Positions 12,396 through 25,850 of a stretch of 60,370 nt of DNA are shown here, piece by piece. Every line of letters begins with the position of its first letter. The stretch's first letter is position 1. The translations under genes were made by a program, and so were the position numbers. Source of the DNA: Octopus bimaculoides. Lineage: Eukaryota. Below the pieces are notes generated by a model. The model saw nothing but the letters and a program-made list of their open reading frames with translations. It had not been told where the DNA came from and ran no database searches. The stretch is from the NCBI RefSeq assembly GCF_001194135.2, contig NC_068999.1, positions 27,293,512-27,353,881 of the forward strand, in the 5' to 3' direction.

Positions 12396-13910
12396 AACCG
12401 ATATGGTTAGATATGAAGCATTGCTGCAGAAAAAAAAAATTATATTTTTGCTCCCCATTACACTAATTTACTCTAATTAAAATATAAGTCTGTTCTGTTG
12501 AACACAAAACCTACTCAGTTCAATTTCCTACAGATTTCGCCTCCAAATGGACATAAGAACTAATTGAAAAAATTCTTTAACCACATCAGATTGACAAAGC
12601 AACCCTTCCTAACGCTTTCATCCCAAACAATATTCACACGAAATTTTATTTTCACTTGATTTTTGTTTAATATTTCTCTCGTTATTGCGATCTACCTCAG
12701 CCCATGAAAAAGCATGGCAGTTGACATATCCATCCTTAAAGAGGACAACTAGCAGTATAATTCAACATCTCGAGTGTGATAGAGACAAGAATAAATATTC
12801 ATCTCCACTAGTTTGAGTATTTTCCTCATCTTTTAGTAAGTACCGAACTGTTTTCGTAAAGTCAAGACCACCAGGTTTATGCTTTCCTAGATTAAACACC
12901 AGTGGTCTCCCTTTAAGAAATTTGGCGTTGCTGTTTTTGTTGCTATTGGTATTGACAAATACTTTCAAAGTATGTCGGTTTTTTGGACTTCAGTAAACAT
13001 TTTGGAGAAAAAAGTCATGTGGCAAACAAAAAATTAAACACGCTTTGTTTATAACTTGTCATATTATATTTAGTTTGTTTTTCTTATTCAAGCAAATATA
13101 CCCAGGTGGTTATAACATGAATGTACGAAGGATTCTAAATAACTGTGATGCTGAAAACATTTTTACTTGCGAGATGAATTTTTGATTTCGTTTTCTAAAT
13201 GCGAAGCTTGGTGGTTAAGAAAAATATATAAACAATACTAAAAATATATCAATGTACCCCTTTATCTCCTCAAACAATTGCACTTCCCACTATGAAGATC
13301 GCTTAAGGTATATAGAAATTAACTCTTTTAAGGAAAGAAAACCAAATCGATATAAATTTCTTGTAGAAGAAATTCATTTCTTAATTAATCTGTTTCAGGA
13401 ATGTTCAATGAGAAATTTCTGTACACACATACATACACACACGAACGCACACGGACGAACACACACGTCAAACAAATACATATGTTTTTGTACGTATGTG
13501 AGGTGTAAAGAAGGTTGATTCGCTGATTTGAATAATGTTGAAAAGCTTCAATGCTCCTGTAAATATCCTTTACAACTGCGGTGAATCTTGGGCTTATCTG
13601 AAATGTCACCTAATGTTAAAAGAAAAAGATCAAATTGGATAAATCAGAAAACTGTTAGAATCCTTACAAAAACGAATTTCTATGTCGGTGTTTTTTATAC
13701 AAGATCATCTGTATTATTCGGTGAGCATTAAAAGAATATACATATGCACATTAAAAGAAACATATATGTATATGTATGGGTGTGGAGATTACAATAACTG
13801 TGTATTAGTATGTGCATGCATATGTAAGTGTGTGTTCATGTATAAGAATACTCATACAAACATACAGATCACGTATATAAATACCACGCACATTGATGTA
13901 TGTGTATAAA

Positions 13911-13995
<85 letters not shown>

Positions 13996-14038
13996 TACGT
14001 GCGTGCGTGCGTGCGTGTGTGTGTGTGTGTGTGTGTGT
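13911..14038. repeat. (TG)n/(TGCG)n microsatellite
   Basis: Direct reading. Confidence 0.97.
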
Positions 14039-14621
14039 CTGTGTATTGTGTGAATGTATGTTTGTGTATGTATTGGATCATTGGATCTAACTAAAAGATT
14101 CGGCAAAAGATACCTTGTGACTGCATCGCGTAAAGATATAAATTAGCAAACCTAAACAATTAATGTTTTGCATTGCATGGTTTCTGCTACAATTGTTTAT
14201 GAATAAATAAAAGTACAAAAAGTATCTTATTGCACATTTGAAAATGTCGAAGAATTTCAGCAAATTTGTACCGCATGATGTTTATCGGGAGATAATTTTT
14301 GAAACACTAACATCAATATATCGTAAATAAGCATTGAAAGAGTCATTATTTCAATCGCTTGGATGTTTTCTGAATAGTTGTTTGTATCTGTATTTGTACG
14401 TGTAGATGCGGAAGAGCAGCTTTCTTTAATTGTAAAGTTACGGAGTGATGTGGGGAAATGCAGTGGAAAATTGCAGTAACTGTGGGGAATATAATCACAG
14501 TGGGGGAAAAAAGATAGTTAAAACTGAAAGAGAAAAGAAGATAGTTAAAATTGAACAAAAACACCAGCAATCGAAAAGAGATCGCCAACTGCAATGTCGA
14601 AATTATTGGATGAATAGAAAT

Positions 14622-14622
<1 letters not shown>

Positions 14623-14662
<40 letters not shown>

Positions 14663-14817
14663 GATCGATCGATCGATCTGTCTGTCTGTCTATCTATATA
14701 TCTATGCCTGTCATCTATCTATCTATGTCCATAGAAGAAGAAGAAGAAGAAGAAGAAGAAGAAGAAGAAGAAGAAGAAGAAGAAGAAGAAGAAGAAGAAG
14801 AAGAAGAAGAAGAAGAA
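14623..14817. repeat. (TCTA)n and (GAA)n microsatellites
   Basis: Direct reading; (GAA)n at 14733-14817. Confidence 0.95.
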
Positions 14818-15459
14818 TGTAAATATGATCAAGTATAAGAAATGACACTAATTAAAGTGTAAATTTAGTGTAAATTAGTGTAAATTGAAACTTCATAAAT
14901 CGTTCCTTCGTGTTTTTCGCTGTCTATCCTCGGGCAATTATATTTCAGAACTAGCAGCCGAAAATGTGTCTAATATTCGAATCGGTCTGCCTGATTCAAT
15001 TATAAGTGTGGCAACAATAGCTTTAAATACAATTTCACAGAGGCTTTAAAATGTAGTGTATTCGAACTGAAACTAGTTAATAAACTAGAAATAGTTTAGA
15101 ATAGTCCATTCTTTTACTGTTCACCGTGAGAGTGCATAATAAACATGCCGGAACTTTATGACTGTTTCGAGTATCTAGTAGTCTTAATTTGTTTAATTAA
15201 TTTACAGACGCAGTGAGGGCTAAAATTTATGGCTAAACCCCAAAATAATCTTTTGTATGAAAATTATCCAGAAGGGCTAGGGATCAGCAATTGGATTTGA
15301 AATGCTCCAGATCTCGTATGTTTTAAAACCAAAATATATATAAATTAGTGGCAAATTTTATTGTAGGTTTCTTAAATGAAAGGATATGTTAAAAATGATC
15401 TCTTTAAAGTAATTCTCAGTCAGGCCGATATAATTCCTGGAGGAAGTTGTTAAGTAAAA

Positions 15460-15580
15460 GTAGCGGTTCGGCAAGAGAGACCGATAGAATAAGTACTAGG
15501 CTTACAAAGAATAAGTCCTGGAGTCGATTTGCTCGACTAAAGGCGGTGCTCCAGCATGACTGAAACAAGTAAAAGAGTAG
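15460..15580 (+). mobile_element. SINE family A 3' half
   Basis: GCGGTTCGGCAAGAGAGACCGATAGAATAAGTACTAGGCTTACAAAGAATAAGTCCTGG...GACTGAAACAAGTAAAAG; also at 59520-59610 and, reverse complemented, at 59990-60130. Confidence 0.85.
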
Positions 15581-15584
15581 TCTA

Positions 15585-15682
15585 TAGTTGAAAACACTTA
15601 CCCAGGGGGCCATGTAGAGGAACTGAACCCAGAGCCATGTGTCTGAGAAACAAACTTTTTACCATACAACCACGCCTGCGAC
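15585..15682 (-). mobile_element. SINE family A 5' head
   Basis: Reverse complement GCAGGCGTGGTTGTATGGTAAAAAGTTTG...CATGGCTCTGGGTTCAGTTCC with A/B-box-like motifs. Confidence 0.75.
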
Positions 15683-15783
15683 TATAAAAACCGTTTTTGA
15701 TATTCCGTGTTTAGTCCATATTGCTGCCACCTAAAATAACATTGATTTTTGTACTTATTCCGAAATATTTTAATCAACAATAT

Positions 15784-15834
<51 letters not shown>

Positions 15835-18009
15835 TGTGTGCGTGTGTTTCTGTATGTTAGAGAGAGAAAGTGAGCGAGAGCCTGTATGCGTGTGTGTATG
15901 TATGTATGTATGTATGTATGTATGTATCTATGTATCTATACGAGTGCAATGCAAGAACGAATGAAGTTTTAAGGGTTCTGTTATTAAAATAAACACTTTC
16001 ACTGAACAATGTTTATGAATACATGCTTCAAATTAAATATCTTCAGCTGAAGATATTTGGAATTTAGAAAGAACTTAGGTATACGAAAACATTCTTACTG
16101 TAAGGCAGCACAACACCACTAATACAAATGCATTTACATAGATACATAGATAGCTACACACACACATGTATGTATGTATGTATGTATGTATGTATGTATG
16201 TACGTATGTATGTATGCATGCATGTATGTATGTATGCATGTATGCATGTATAAAATCTTGTTTACTCACTAACAGAAAAGATAAGGGGTGTATGTGCATG
16301 TATGTCTGCGAACATTTGTATGAGTGTATTATTATTGTTGATCAACCTCAGATCACGCCTGTGAAAATCTACGACCTGAAGTTATCTGGCCGTGACCATC
16401 TCATCTTTTGTCATTCCTAGGCTATCTACTCCATGTGTCCTTCCTTTGTAAGTGTGAGTCTGAGTCGTGAGTGACGTAACTACTGATAAAATTTTATGAG
16501 TTGTCTAGTGGTCTATAATACTCTGCTTGAATAATTGTACGTCTATTGATGTCTTTCACAGATTCTATTATAAATGAAAATATTTTTTACTTTACATAAT
16601 GAAACTGTGAAATATCATATACTTTAGCTTAGTCAATAGAAGTATCGAATTGGTACACTAGTTTTGCCGCTACCACTTAACTTGCCTTCAGTGACATTTT
16701 CTTTCCTGTTAATGACACTATATTTCTGATTGATTCCGAACGAAAACGATTTCAATTCCTTCCATGAGTGTTTCGCTAAACGTTAAGGATCGCTATGGTA
16801 TTAAAAGATGACTAAAGCCGTGAATAAAGTCCAAATACTTTGCAAATATATATAGCTAAATGTGGCACGTGTAAATTCCGAGATCGCAGCTAGTTCCTGT
16901 TGAAGCTGCTTCACTTTACTTGGGATAGGTACGACGCCATGATGTTTTATTTTCCCACTAACTGTTGAACAGAAGTTAAACTATCGGAGAGTCAAATCAA
17001 CGAAACTATTGCGATTTCCACTGTTTCCAACTGTTGAAATACCACATTTTTTTCTTTTCTGTGTTTTGTCCAAAGAAATGTTTCTTCAATTACAAGTGCC
17101 ATACATAAAATGAAAGAACAGAGTTTTTGAACTTACCTTATATTACTAATAAGAATTTGCAGTAACAAAAATTTATTTTCCCACGTCTCGTAAAAAGCAT
17201 TCTACCAAATTATAGCTATCAATATCTTTTTTGTCATTTTGTAGGTTATTCTCCGTTAATGTTTCACAGAACAACATTGTTAACATGACAAACGGAACGC
17301 ATTAGCATGTCTGTGCGTAACGTGTTGGTAATTCATAGAATAGGAGGAAATAATTAAACAGCTCAGCCAAGTTGGATTTACTAATAGGCCAAAAGATATT
17401 CCAGCGACCTGAAAAAGTGAAACGCAAAGCACTAATCTTGACTCAAATTATTTCTATTGTCAAATTATTTCTATCGGAAAAGCAAAACTTTGATTTTTAT
17501 TTCGATAATCTGCGATCCGAAAGAAGTGAGATAAAAATCTGTTGTACGTTACTCAAACCAAAGTCGCAATCAGAGGAATTTCTGTTGCTAATCCGAAAAG
17601 GATAAGCCATGCTAACAACGTCATTAAGTTTACTTATGAGAAGAATTTAATAACAAGGTGTTTGAATCGAGAGCTCGAACACATCGATACACAGATAAGG
17701 CTTCATTACCTGTTATATATGTAATAATTGACTAGGAGATCAATATATTTTACTGTTTAGAATATTTATATTGGGAGCACTTCGATTGCGGAGACGTTAG
17801 TATATGAACTTAAAGGATATTTTAGTCTCATGTCTTTGCGACTTATCAAGACCTGCTGTTCTTTTCATCAATTCATTGAGAATGTTCAGTGACTACTTCC
17901 ATCAACCATTTCTCGCTATATATTTGTAGCCTTACACCTATTCAGATAAGCAAATATTTTTTTCTACATTAAGGTTTTGTATGTGTAATATAATCATTTC
18001 CACTATAAA

Positions 18010-18108
18010 CAAAAGCCCTGAAATTTGGTTTATCGACCCCGAAAGAATGAAAGGCAAAGTCGATCTCAGCGGAATTTGAACTCAGAACGAAATGCTGCTC
18101 GGCATTTT
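18010..18108 (-). mobile_element. SINE family B, truncated by the adjacent inverted repeat
   Basis: TTATCGACCCCGAAAGAATGAAAGGCAAAGTCGATCTCAGCGGAATTTGAACTCAGAAC. Confidence 0.8.
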
Positions 18109-19125
18109 GTAAAATTTCCACTTATTTCTTATTTTTATTTTTCTAAAATTTTCGTTGCGTCTTGCAACTTTTCCAATAGTTTTGACTCTGTCCGTTATTC
18201 ACACTGCGTTACTTTTTGTTTATTTGTGCGCTTGTGTGGGTTAGTGTGTGTGTGTGTGCATACACATGCATGTACGTATGTCTAGAAATTTGTATGTATG
18301 TATTCTGCATATTCATGTGTTTGCGTGTCCGTGTTTGTGTGTTTTTTATGTATGTGTGTGCGTGTTTGTATGTGTGTATCTACCTCTGTCTCCTTGTGTG
18401 TGTATATCTGAGTGTGTGTGTGTGTGTTTTGCAACTATGTACCGTGTTTGTATGTATGGATGTGTATCTCCATATGTGTGGACGTGTGTCTCAATATGTG
18501 TGCTTGTGTGAAGTAAAGTGTATGAAATAAAGTGTATGGTCATGTGTTTCAGTCTTCATTTGCGTATGTGTGCTTGTCTGTTCATATAACCTAAGTACCT
18601 AACCGTCTGTATGTTGATTTGCTTACGTTCATATCCATATGCTTACATACATGTGCATATACGTATATATATACATACACTCACACTCACACACACACAC
18701 ACATACATACATACATCTATCTACATAACAGCCCACTAACTATTCTACTCTACCTGTGTAAACTGGGTATGGGGGTATATCTACTGTGTATATTTCCTAT
18801 TTTGTATAGTAGCAAAACACGCGCACACACACACACACACACACACATAGACACTCAGACACGCACATACAAGGAGACAGAGGTACACACACACATATAT
18901 AAACACACACACATACATAAAAACACACAAACATGGACACGCAAACACATGAATATGCAGAATACATACATACATGTATGTGTATGCACACGCGCACACA
19001 CACAGGTGAACAAACAAACAAAAAGGAACGCAGTGTGAATAACGGAGAGTCAAAACTATTGGAAAGGTTGCAAGACGCAACGAGAATTTTAGAAAAATAA
19101 AGTAGGAAATAAGTGGAAATTTTAC
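18109..19125. repeat. Long inverted repeat (foldback/MITE-like), ~320-bp arms, ~360-bp spacer
   Basis: 18109-18440 is the reverse complement of ~18803-19125 (CGTTGCGTCTTGCAACTTTTCCAATAGTTTTGACTCT vs AGAGTCAAAACTATTGGAAAGGTTGCAAGACGCAACG). Confidence 0.92.
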
Positions 19126-20160
19126 CGGTGAGTGTGTTAAGTTATAAGGCACTAAAAGAGAATGACTCTCCCCAGACACAACAGAATATGCTTCAACGCA
19201 CGAACTCACATAAAGAATCTTGAAGACCAAATCCAAAAACGAGATATTTATACCTATTGATAGATACTTATAACGATGAGAAAATATCCTTTAAGCAACA
19301 TGTCTCACTTTCTTAAGATAAAGGAATCGAATTTCTTGAGGAATGGAAAACAAACGCATTACTTTAATCTAAATTGGCCTTGATGGAATGAACCTATGAA
19401 TACAGATAGTCTCAGATTACATTATTTAATGTGCACTTTATTGAGACGGTGTGATGTGAGGGAGATTTGGTTACTATTTCTAGCAGGTCGAGCAGCAGCA
19501 GAGAAACATACTCATTGGCTCAGGTGCATTATTTATATCTGATAATTTATTTCTAATCTACTTTAATGTCTAAGATACAGATATAGTCTTGCGAATACGT
19601 TATCAAAACAATATGAGAAATATTTTTATCGATTTTTTTTTTTGAAGAAAATGATATTCTAGAGTATATATGCATTCTTCGTGTTGATGTTATTAGTAGT
19701 TATTTCTTAACAACGCTACTCGCCGCTCACTGATTATTAATCAGTAATGACAGTGCGAACTTTTATAATCAATAAAGTGGTTGAACCACTTCTGGGAGAC
19801 AACTCTTCATTCAGAATATCTAGGATAAATAAAATTTAATCTGATTGTAAAATATATATAAATTTTATGTTAGATTATCAGAAACCTCGGTAAATCTTGA
19901 TAATCTGCCAATGCACCACAACTGAAAGATTTGAAATATTTCTTTTCCTGAGTGTCCCATCCAAACACGTGATTACAATGAAAGCCTGATAACCCTCAAG
20001 TACTCTATCAACAGTGCTGGCACTTTATTCTGGAAAGCCAAGTTTGCCCAACTATAGATAACTAAATAAGTTCATTGATGTGAGCAGCTGATCGTACAAT
20101 ATAATTTAGCGACGTTTCATACATTTGCGGTACTGATGTATTTTATGTGATAATGTTTAG

Positions 20161-20555
20161 GGAGTAGGGATGGCTGTGAAGCTAAGAAGCTTTCTTTACA
20201 ACCAAGCAGTCTTGGATTCAGCCTCACTGCACGGTACCTTTGGCAATAGACTTCGACTATAACCTGGGAAAGATCAATGCCTAGTGTATGAATTTGGGTA
20301 ACGAAAACTGTATAGCTGCCTGTCGTATATATGTGTGTTTGTGCGCGTGTGTGCACGCGCGAGTGTTTGTCGTCCCCACCACCACTTGACGGCTGCTGTT
20401 GGTTTGTTCACGTTCTCATAACTTAACGATTCGGCAAAAGAGACCTAAAGAATATGTCCCAAACTTAAAAAAGCAAGGGTGGTGCGATTGTTCAACTAAC
20501 CTCGTTAAGGCAGTGCCCCAGCATGGTCACAGTCCAGTGATTGAAACAAGTAAAA
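20161..20555 (+). mobile_element. SINE family A, near full-length, diverged
   Basis: tRNA-like head, CCTTTGGCAATAGACTTCGACTATA core, internal (TG)n, GATTCGGCAAAAGAGACC and GAAACAAGTAAAA tail. Confidence 0.8.
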
Positions 20556-20879
20556 TTTTTTAAATGAAACGGCAATTTTGATAGTTCTAAATTTAAGCTC
20601 ATAAAAACAATGTAAATGTAACTACATATAGTTTGTGGTATAATTTAAAGTTATAATTTTGCTAGTTGTCCACGTTAAATGGATCCTTATCTATAACGTT
20701 CAGCCTACAACCTATGTGCCATAGATCTACTCCATCAGGGCTGATAGTGCTACAAAACAAAAATATACCTCAACTACTATACTACACTCCTTAAAAGTCT
20801 ACTGGGTGGTCTTCAATTAGACCAAAGCATTTCATATCTGCAAATGGATATGTGGTCAGTATCAAAACTGTGTCTGTGT

Positions 20880-20922
<43 letters not shown>

Positions 20923-21511
20923 TGGTTGAATAAACTGAATAAACGGAAATTAATACATGAGCATGCATTTACTTTCTTATTCTTTTTAGCCTACAGAACC
21001 TTACAAAAGAAACTCACGGGCCAAGTGTTTCGTGCTTGGTACACACGAAACTGTTAGCTATTGGTTCATTTTTGTGACTTACTGATGATCATTAAGTCGG
21101 GATTCGATTTCTGAACCCTGTGTTATATTTCGTTCTTTTCAAGGCAATTAACTTCACTTTACTCCACTATACACCGCTAAAAAGGAATTTCAGCGGCAGT
21201 TTAGGGTTAAACCGGCGAGGGCCTAGCGTCATGCTCAAAGGGAAATGTTGTACTTTCAGTTCTTTAAACGCCTCCCAAGCCAGAGTAAGCTCCGGCCGAA
21301 TTGGTCTGTAGGCGCATTCCTTTGTGTTAATCAATCAGTTAAATATTTAACCAAATAGCTAATCGACCATTGTTTGATGTGTTGGTTAAACAATCAATCG
21401 GTTCTTTGTTCGTCAAAGTCCTTCCGTCGCTATTCGCGACCTTGTCAATACCATGCCCTCTCTCAAGTATATATATANNNNNNNNNNTATATATATATAT
21501 AATGTAATTGT

Positions 21512-21810
21512 GACACACTAAAGGAGTACATTCGAGTACATTGTATATTCGAGTGGTGAGCAAACTTGCGCTTGTCACAGAGAGCAAGATATCAATTTTA
21601 GCATAGAACAGTGAACCGCAACGTTCATTTTACCAATCGCAGGACGGGATCTTCACGCAACAAGAAGAAAGCATTTGGGCTGGCCTCAAACGAGAAGAAA
21701 ACCGCGCTGTGGCCCTCGTCATTCAATGATTAACTCATAGTTCTACGAGTTCATGCTGTGGCACAGATATGAGAGTTGTGACATCTTGGAAAAAAAATTG
21801 CTTATGGACA
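21512..21810 (+). pseudogene. Merlin (IS1595/ISXO2-like) DDE transposase C-terminal fragment
   Basis: Hand translation across frameshifts: DTLKEYIRVH..EW*ANLRLSQRARYQF*HRTVNRNVHF..GIFTQQEESIWAGLKR..SMINS*FYEFMLWHRY; matches Merlin HxTVNH...GxHTQxIESxWxxxKR...YLxEFMWR. Confidence 0.72.
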
Positions 21811-22989
21811 ATTTTATTAAGAGTTTTTTTGTTTTTTTTCGAAAGGTTTCCTTAAATGTTATATAAAGTTTTCATTTCCTTCCATTAAATATTTTCATCC
21901 TTAAAAGTTCGAAATGTTATATTATTTATTTTCATTAAATTCGTTTTATTTATCAAAAAAGAAAATTTTTAGAGGTTTTGCAATATTGTCAACACATGAA
22001 AATTGTGTCTTCCGGTTTGTTGATAGTGGTTAAAATTCAAACTTTAATGGTATACGCGTACTTTTTGCGCGCTCTTAGTGTCAGCATAAATATGCATGCG
22101 TGTATGCATATCCACATATGCAAAACGAACGATATAAAGAGATCACAAAGTTAAGGAAATATATTTTTTAAATAGCTCAAAAACGTACATGCTATCATAG
22201 AAGAAATTCAAGTGGAGAAATTGGAGGATCAAACAACTTTATACGATCCCCCACTCCCAAATATTTGATCCCTTCACTTCTTGTACTCACTGACCATTTT
22301 ATTTCTTCAACCGTTTGTTTTTATTTTTATTTTTATTTTTATTCTTCCGCCTTCACCACTCATTTCAAATTACATCTTCGGTGAGTTAACTTGGGATTCC
22401 CAAACGACAAGGTAACCTTTATTTAATTAAAGAATCTTCGGCTTAGTGAGTAGCTAGCTGAGTACCCCTCGTTGAGTAATTAAAATTTTCCATTCATATT
22501 TGTTTCTATTTGATTAGATGTGTGGATCATTTTTGATGTAACAAATCGAATGTTGTGATGTCCATACCTTCCCTCAATGATTGCTGGCTTCATGTTTGAA
22601 TGAAAAATGTGTTAGTGACTCCCTAAATTTTGCTGTGTGGCTAACAGATTATTGTCTCTCTCTCTCCTCTTCTGTACTCCTGTCTCTTTTTCCTCTTTTG
22701 TACCCCTGTCTCTCTCCTCTTCTTTACCCCCCNNNNNNNNNNNNNNNNNNNNNNNNNNNNNNNNNNNNNNNNNNNNACACACATACATACTCATCCACTC
22801 ATCCACAATTACACATTTGCCTTTAATCAGCTATTTAGCAAATTTGTTTCAGCATGCTTATTTTCCTTCATTTACATCTTATCTGTGAATTGGGATTTAT
22901 TTCTAAAATACTAGACGGGGAAATCTACTGCAGCCTTCTGATTAGAAAAAAAACTTTATTATATTGTTAATAGCTGTTCTTGCGCAGGA

Positions 22990-23550
22990 TTATTTGATAG
23001 TGGACGTAGTCGCTGCTATTGTTGTACTTTGTGATTTTTAAAATTTTTATTGTTATTGTTTATTCTAGCCTTCGTTTTTCATTTTCCGTCGTGTAATGAT
23101 GTATGATGTAGTTTTATTGACATTCGTCATTTTTGTTATTGTTTGTCTTGCTTTTTGTTCCTTGTTACTGTTGTTGCTTTTTTATCGAACGTCATCATTG
23201 TTGATTGTAGCTGTTCATGAGGTTAAGTTTTTTATCATTGTTGCTAGTTGTATTTTCAGATTATGTTTTAAGTTTTTATTATTGTCTGCTGTTGCTATCG
23301 TTGTTAATGTCGATACAAAAGTGGTTGTTAACGATTTGATTTTGTGATCGAAGTTTTGAAAGTTGTTGAGAAAGCATTAATATGCTTGCTATTGTCGTTG
23401 ATTATGTCTACGAATTTGTTGATATTGCTATCGTGGAAACATTTTTTGTAACTCTTAATGATTTTTAAAATGTTGTTAAAATTGCAGAAGTTAATATTTT
23501 GATGCTGTGAAACTTTGTGGATACGTTATTATTACTGCTGTGTATTCCAA
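22990..23550. repeat. Degenerate GTT/ATT-rich low-complexity tract
   Basis: T/G-biased sequence; gives the hydrophobic pseudo-ORF 23096-23347. Confidence 0.6.
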
Positions 23551-23624
23551 AATCAGCTCCATTTGTAGTTTACTGAACGCCTGAGTGTGATCCATAGATC
23601 TATTGATTCAAATACACGCTCCCA

Positions 23625-23772
23625 CTCGTTTCCATCTACCAAATTCATTTACAAAGCATTGGTCGACCCAGGACTATAGTAGAAGACACCCAAGGTGTCG
23701 TACAGTGAAACTAAACCCGAAACTACGTGGCTGGAACGCGAGTTTCTTAACCATTTAGCTATGCCTGCACCT
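23625..23772 (-). mobile_element. SINE family A 5' half
   Basis: Reverse complement GGTGCAGGCATAGCTAAATGGTTAAGAAACTCG...TTGGGTGTCTTCTACTATAGTCC. Confidence 0.75.
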
Positions 23773-24489
23773 GTTTTGTTTAATTTTAAAAAAAACATTC
23801 CGTTAAATATGAACCCATACTCCACTATATGAGAAGGGGACACTGAGTGTGGGCCCTAAGGTTCGTCTCCCATACAGCGAATATTTCAGCGTATCGTAAA
23901 ATTTAATGTTTAAAATCAGCGGCACCAGAACACACGCCCACTATACTGATACCTCTGACCTCTGACCTCGAACAATACTGACTTGACTATCATCGATACC
24001 AACTCTAACAACATAACTCTCTTTTTTACTATCCCTCTTTACTCCCTTTTCAAACACAAACACTCACATTGGATCTCAGTCACCCACATTGGATCTTTCC
24101 TATGTGAAAACCTCATCCGGCGACGAGAGCAACTAAAAAGATTGCTGCTCGGATGAGGTTACAGAGGAAGAGTAATTCTCATCGCTCTGTTCCACTTTGT
24201 ATTCACCGACGCGAGTACGTGTCGCTTGACCCTGTACGGCCGGTGAGTTCTCGATACGCCACCAGTGTTACCTCGTCCGTCCGCAAGTGAACGCCCTCGC
24301 TTTTGCTGCTACATTCTCTCTCTGTTTCACATCCCTGTAACAACCGCGCTAGCTCGTACGCACTTGCTTCTCGCTCTCGTGCGCGTCGTCAGGTCCGTTC
24401 GTTCGTTGTTTCGCACATTTAAACTCCTCACCGCCGCCTTGTTGTAGTTGTGGCTGCCGCCGCCGCCGCCGCCGCCGCTGCCGGGACTG

Positions 24490-25850
24490 CACCTCTGTTA
24501 ACTCGTCCGAAGTAACGATGGCCAAATTTTTTCAAGCGTCTGGAGGCCGTTCTAAGAACGTCACGCTCTTTAGTGCTAGTGGAATGATTGGAACAACATC
24601 TTGGATGTACACAGGAGCTGTGTGGGGCTAGCCGATAGCAGAGAGGCATGAAATACCCTTGCAAACCCGCTCAGACGTTTTTAGTTGTCTGACAAGTACC
24701 GAATGTATTTCCTGAATGCACCAATCTTAGCATAGACAAACGGCATCGGGACATTCAGATCGTACGTTAATGGAATTTTATGTAAATCAGTAGATAGTGG
24801 TAGCAGAGGCTATTCCGTTTCTAAAGCGGTAGGTTACACAGATTACAAATTTGTAATATGTAAGGTTGACCTTAGATTTCATACGCAGGGACTCAGTTAC
24901 TGGAAGGTGAACGTGTCTTTCCCGAACATCAAGTTCACAGAGGCTGGATCAGCGAATTAGGCGGGTGTTGTCGGAGACAATCGTCAACAACAAACGTTGA
25001 CTCACCCTGAAAAGGCGATTAGAGTAGTTAGATATCTAGAAGAGGCGCTTGGAACAAACGTCGCAACCGACATGCTTGCAGAGCGATTAGTCCTGAGATT
25101 AATTCTTCGATGCAAAGCACGAAGGCTGCACTGTCAGTGCCAAAGTATGACAGAGGTACAAACCCACAATTCGGTCTTTGGTGAACCACGATGAGCATGT
25201 GTTACTCGATTCCAGCAGCGGTTTTTTCAGTGGCATTTTGCTCAACTGTTCGGGTGGAGGACGAGTCAGGATTGCATGATGAGCAATGATGATCACTTAT
25301 CGAACGGTTCAGTATCATGCGCCAGGTTCCCCAAGGTTTCTTCCCCATTCTCGTTTCTTTCTTTTTTATTTCTGTTAAATCTAGGGCCATTGTGAAAACT
25401 AAAGACTTTGAGGGACATCCCACTAGAATAGGATGCGGATGATTTGAATCGGCATATGCAGACAACGTTACCGTAGTAGCGTCGGATACCTAGCACATCG
25501 AGGTAATCGGTGCCGCCCTAAGGAAATTCAAACCGGTAACAGGAGCAAAAATTAACAAGAGTAGCCAGCATCGTCCAACTGAACGAGCTTAGTCTGAACA
25601 TGAGCTTTCAGCTTGGAGGTGGAGTGAACGGGGAGGACAATTACGTAAGGGGTGACTGTACTTTTCATGGGGCTTCCAGGAATGTCCCTGAGAGGTCTCC
25701 CCCTGTGTTGGAGAATTTTCATAGATGAAATATTATCTCCTTGTTTTCTTGTAATTCTGTAGACTTACAGAAACCTCTTTGTATTTTTCACTTTTTTACC
25801 AGTCTTTGTACTGTTCACATAGACCCTTGTAGCCTATAAAGAAACGATTA
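24490..25850 (+). mobile_element. Tx1/L1-clade LINE, internally deleted (EN and RT fragments plus 3' UTR)
   Basis: FFKRLEAVLRTSRSLVL..DWNNILD; VGYTDYKFVICKVDL..QGLSYWKVNVS; SAYADNVTVVASD..GAKINKS (YADN at 25455-25466). Confidence 0.8.

Noticed and set aside
21050-21100. GAAA...CTGATGA in type II HHR order
   Set aside because: No stem II or stem III complementarity.
23096-23347. Hydrophobic membrane-protein-like ORF
   Set aside because: Product of a degenerate GTT/ATT low-complexity tract.
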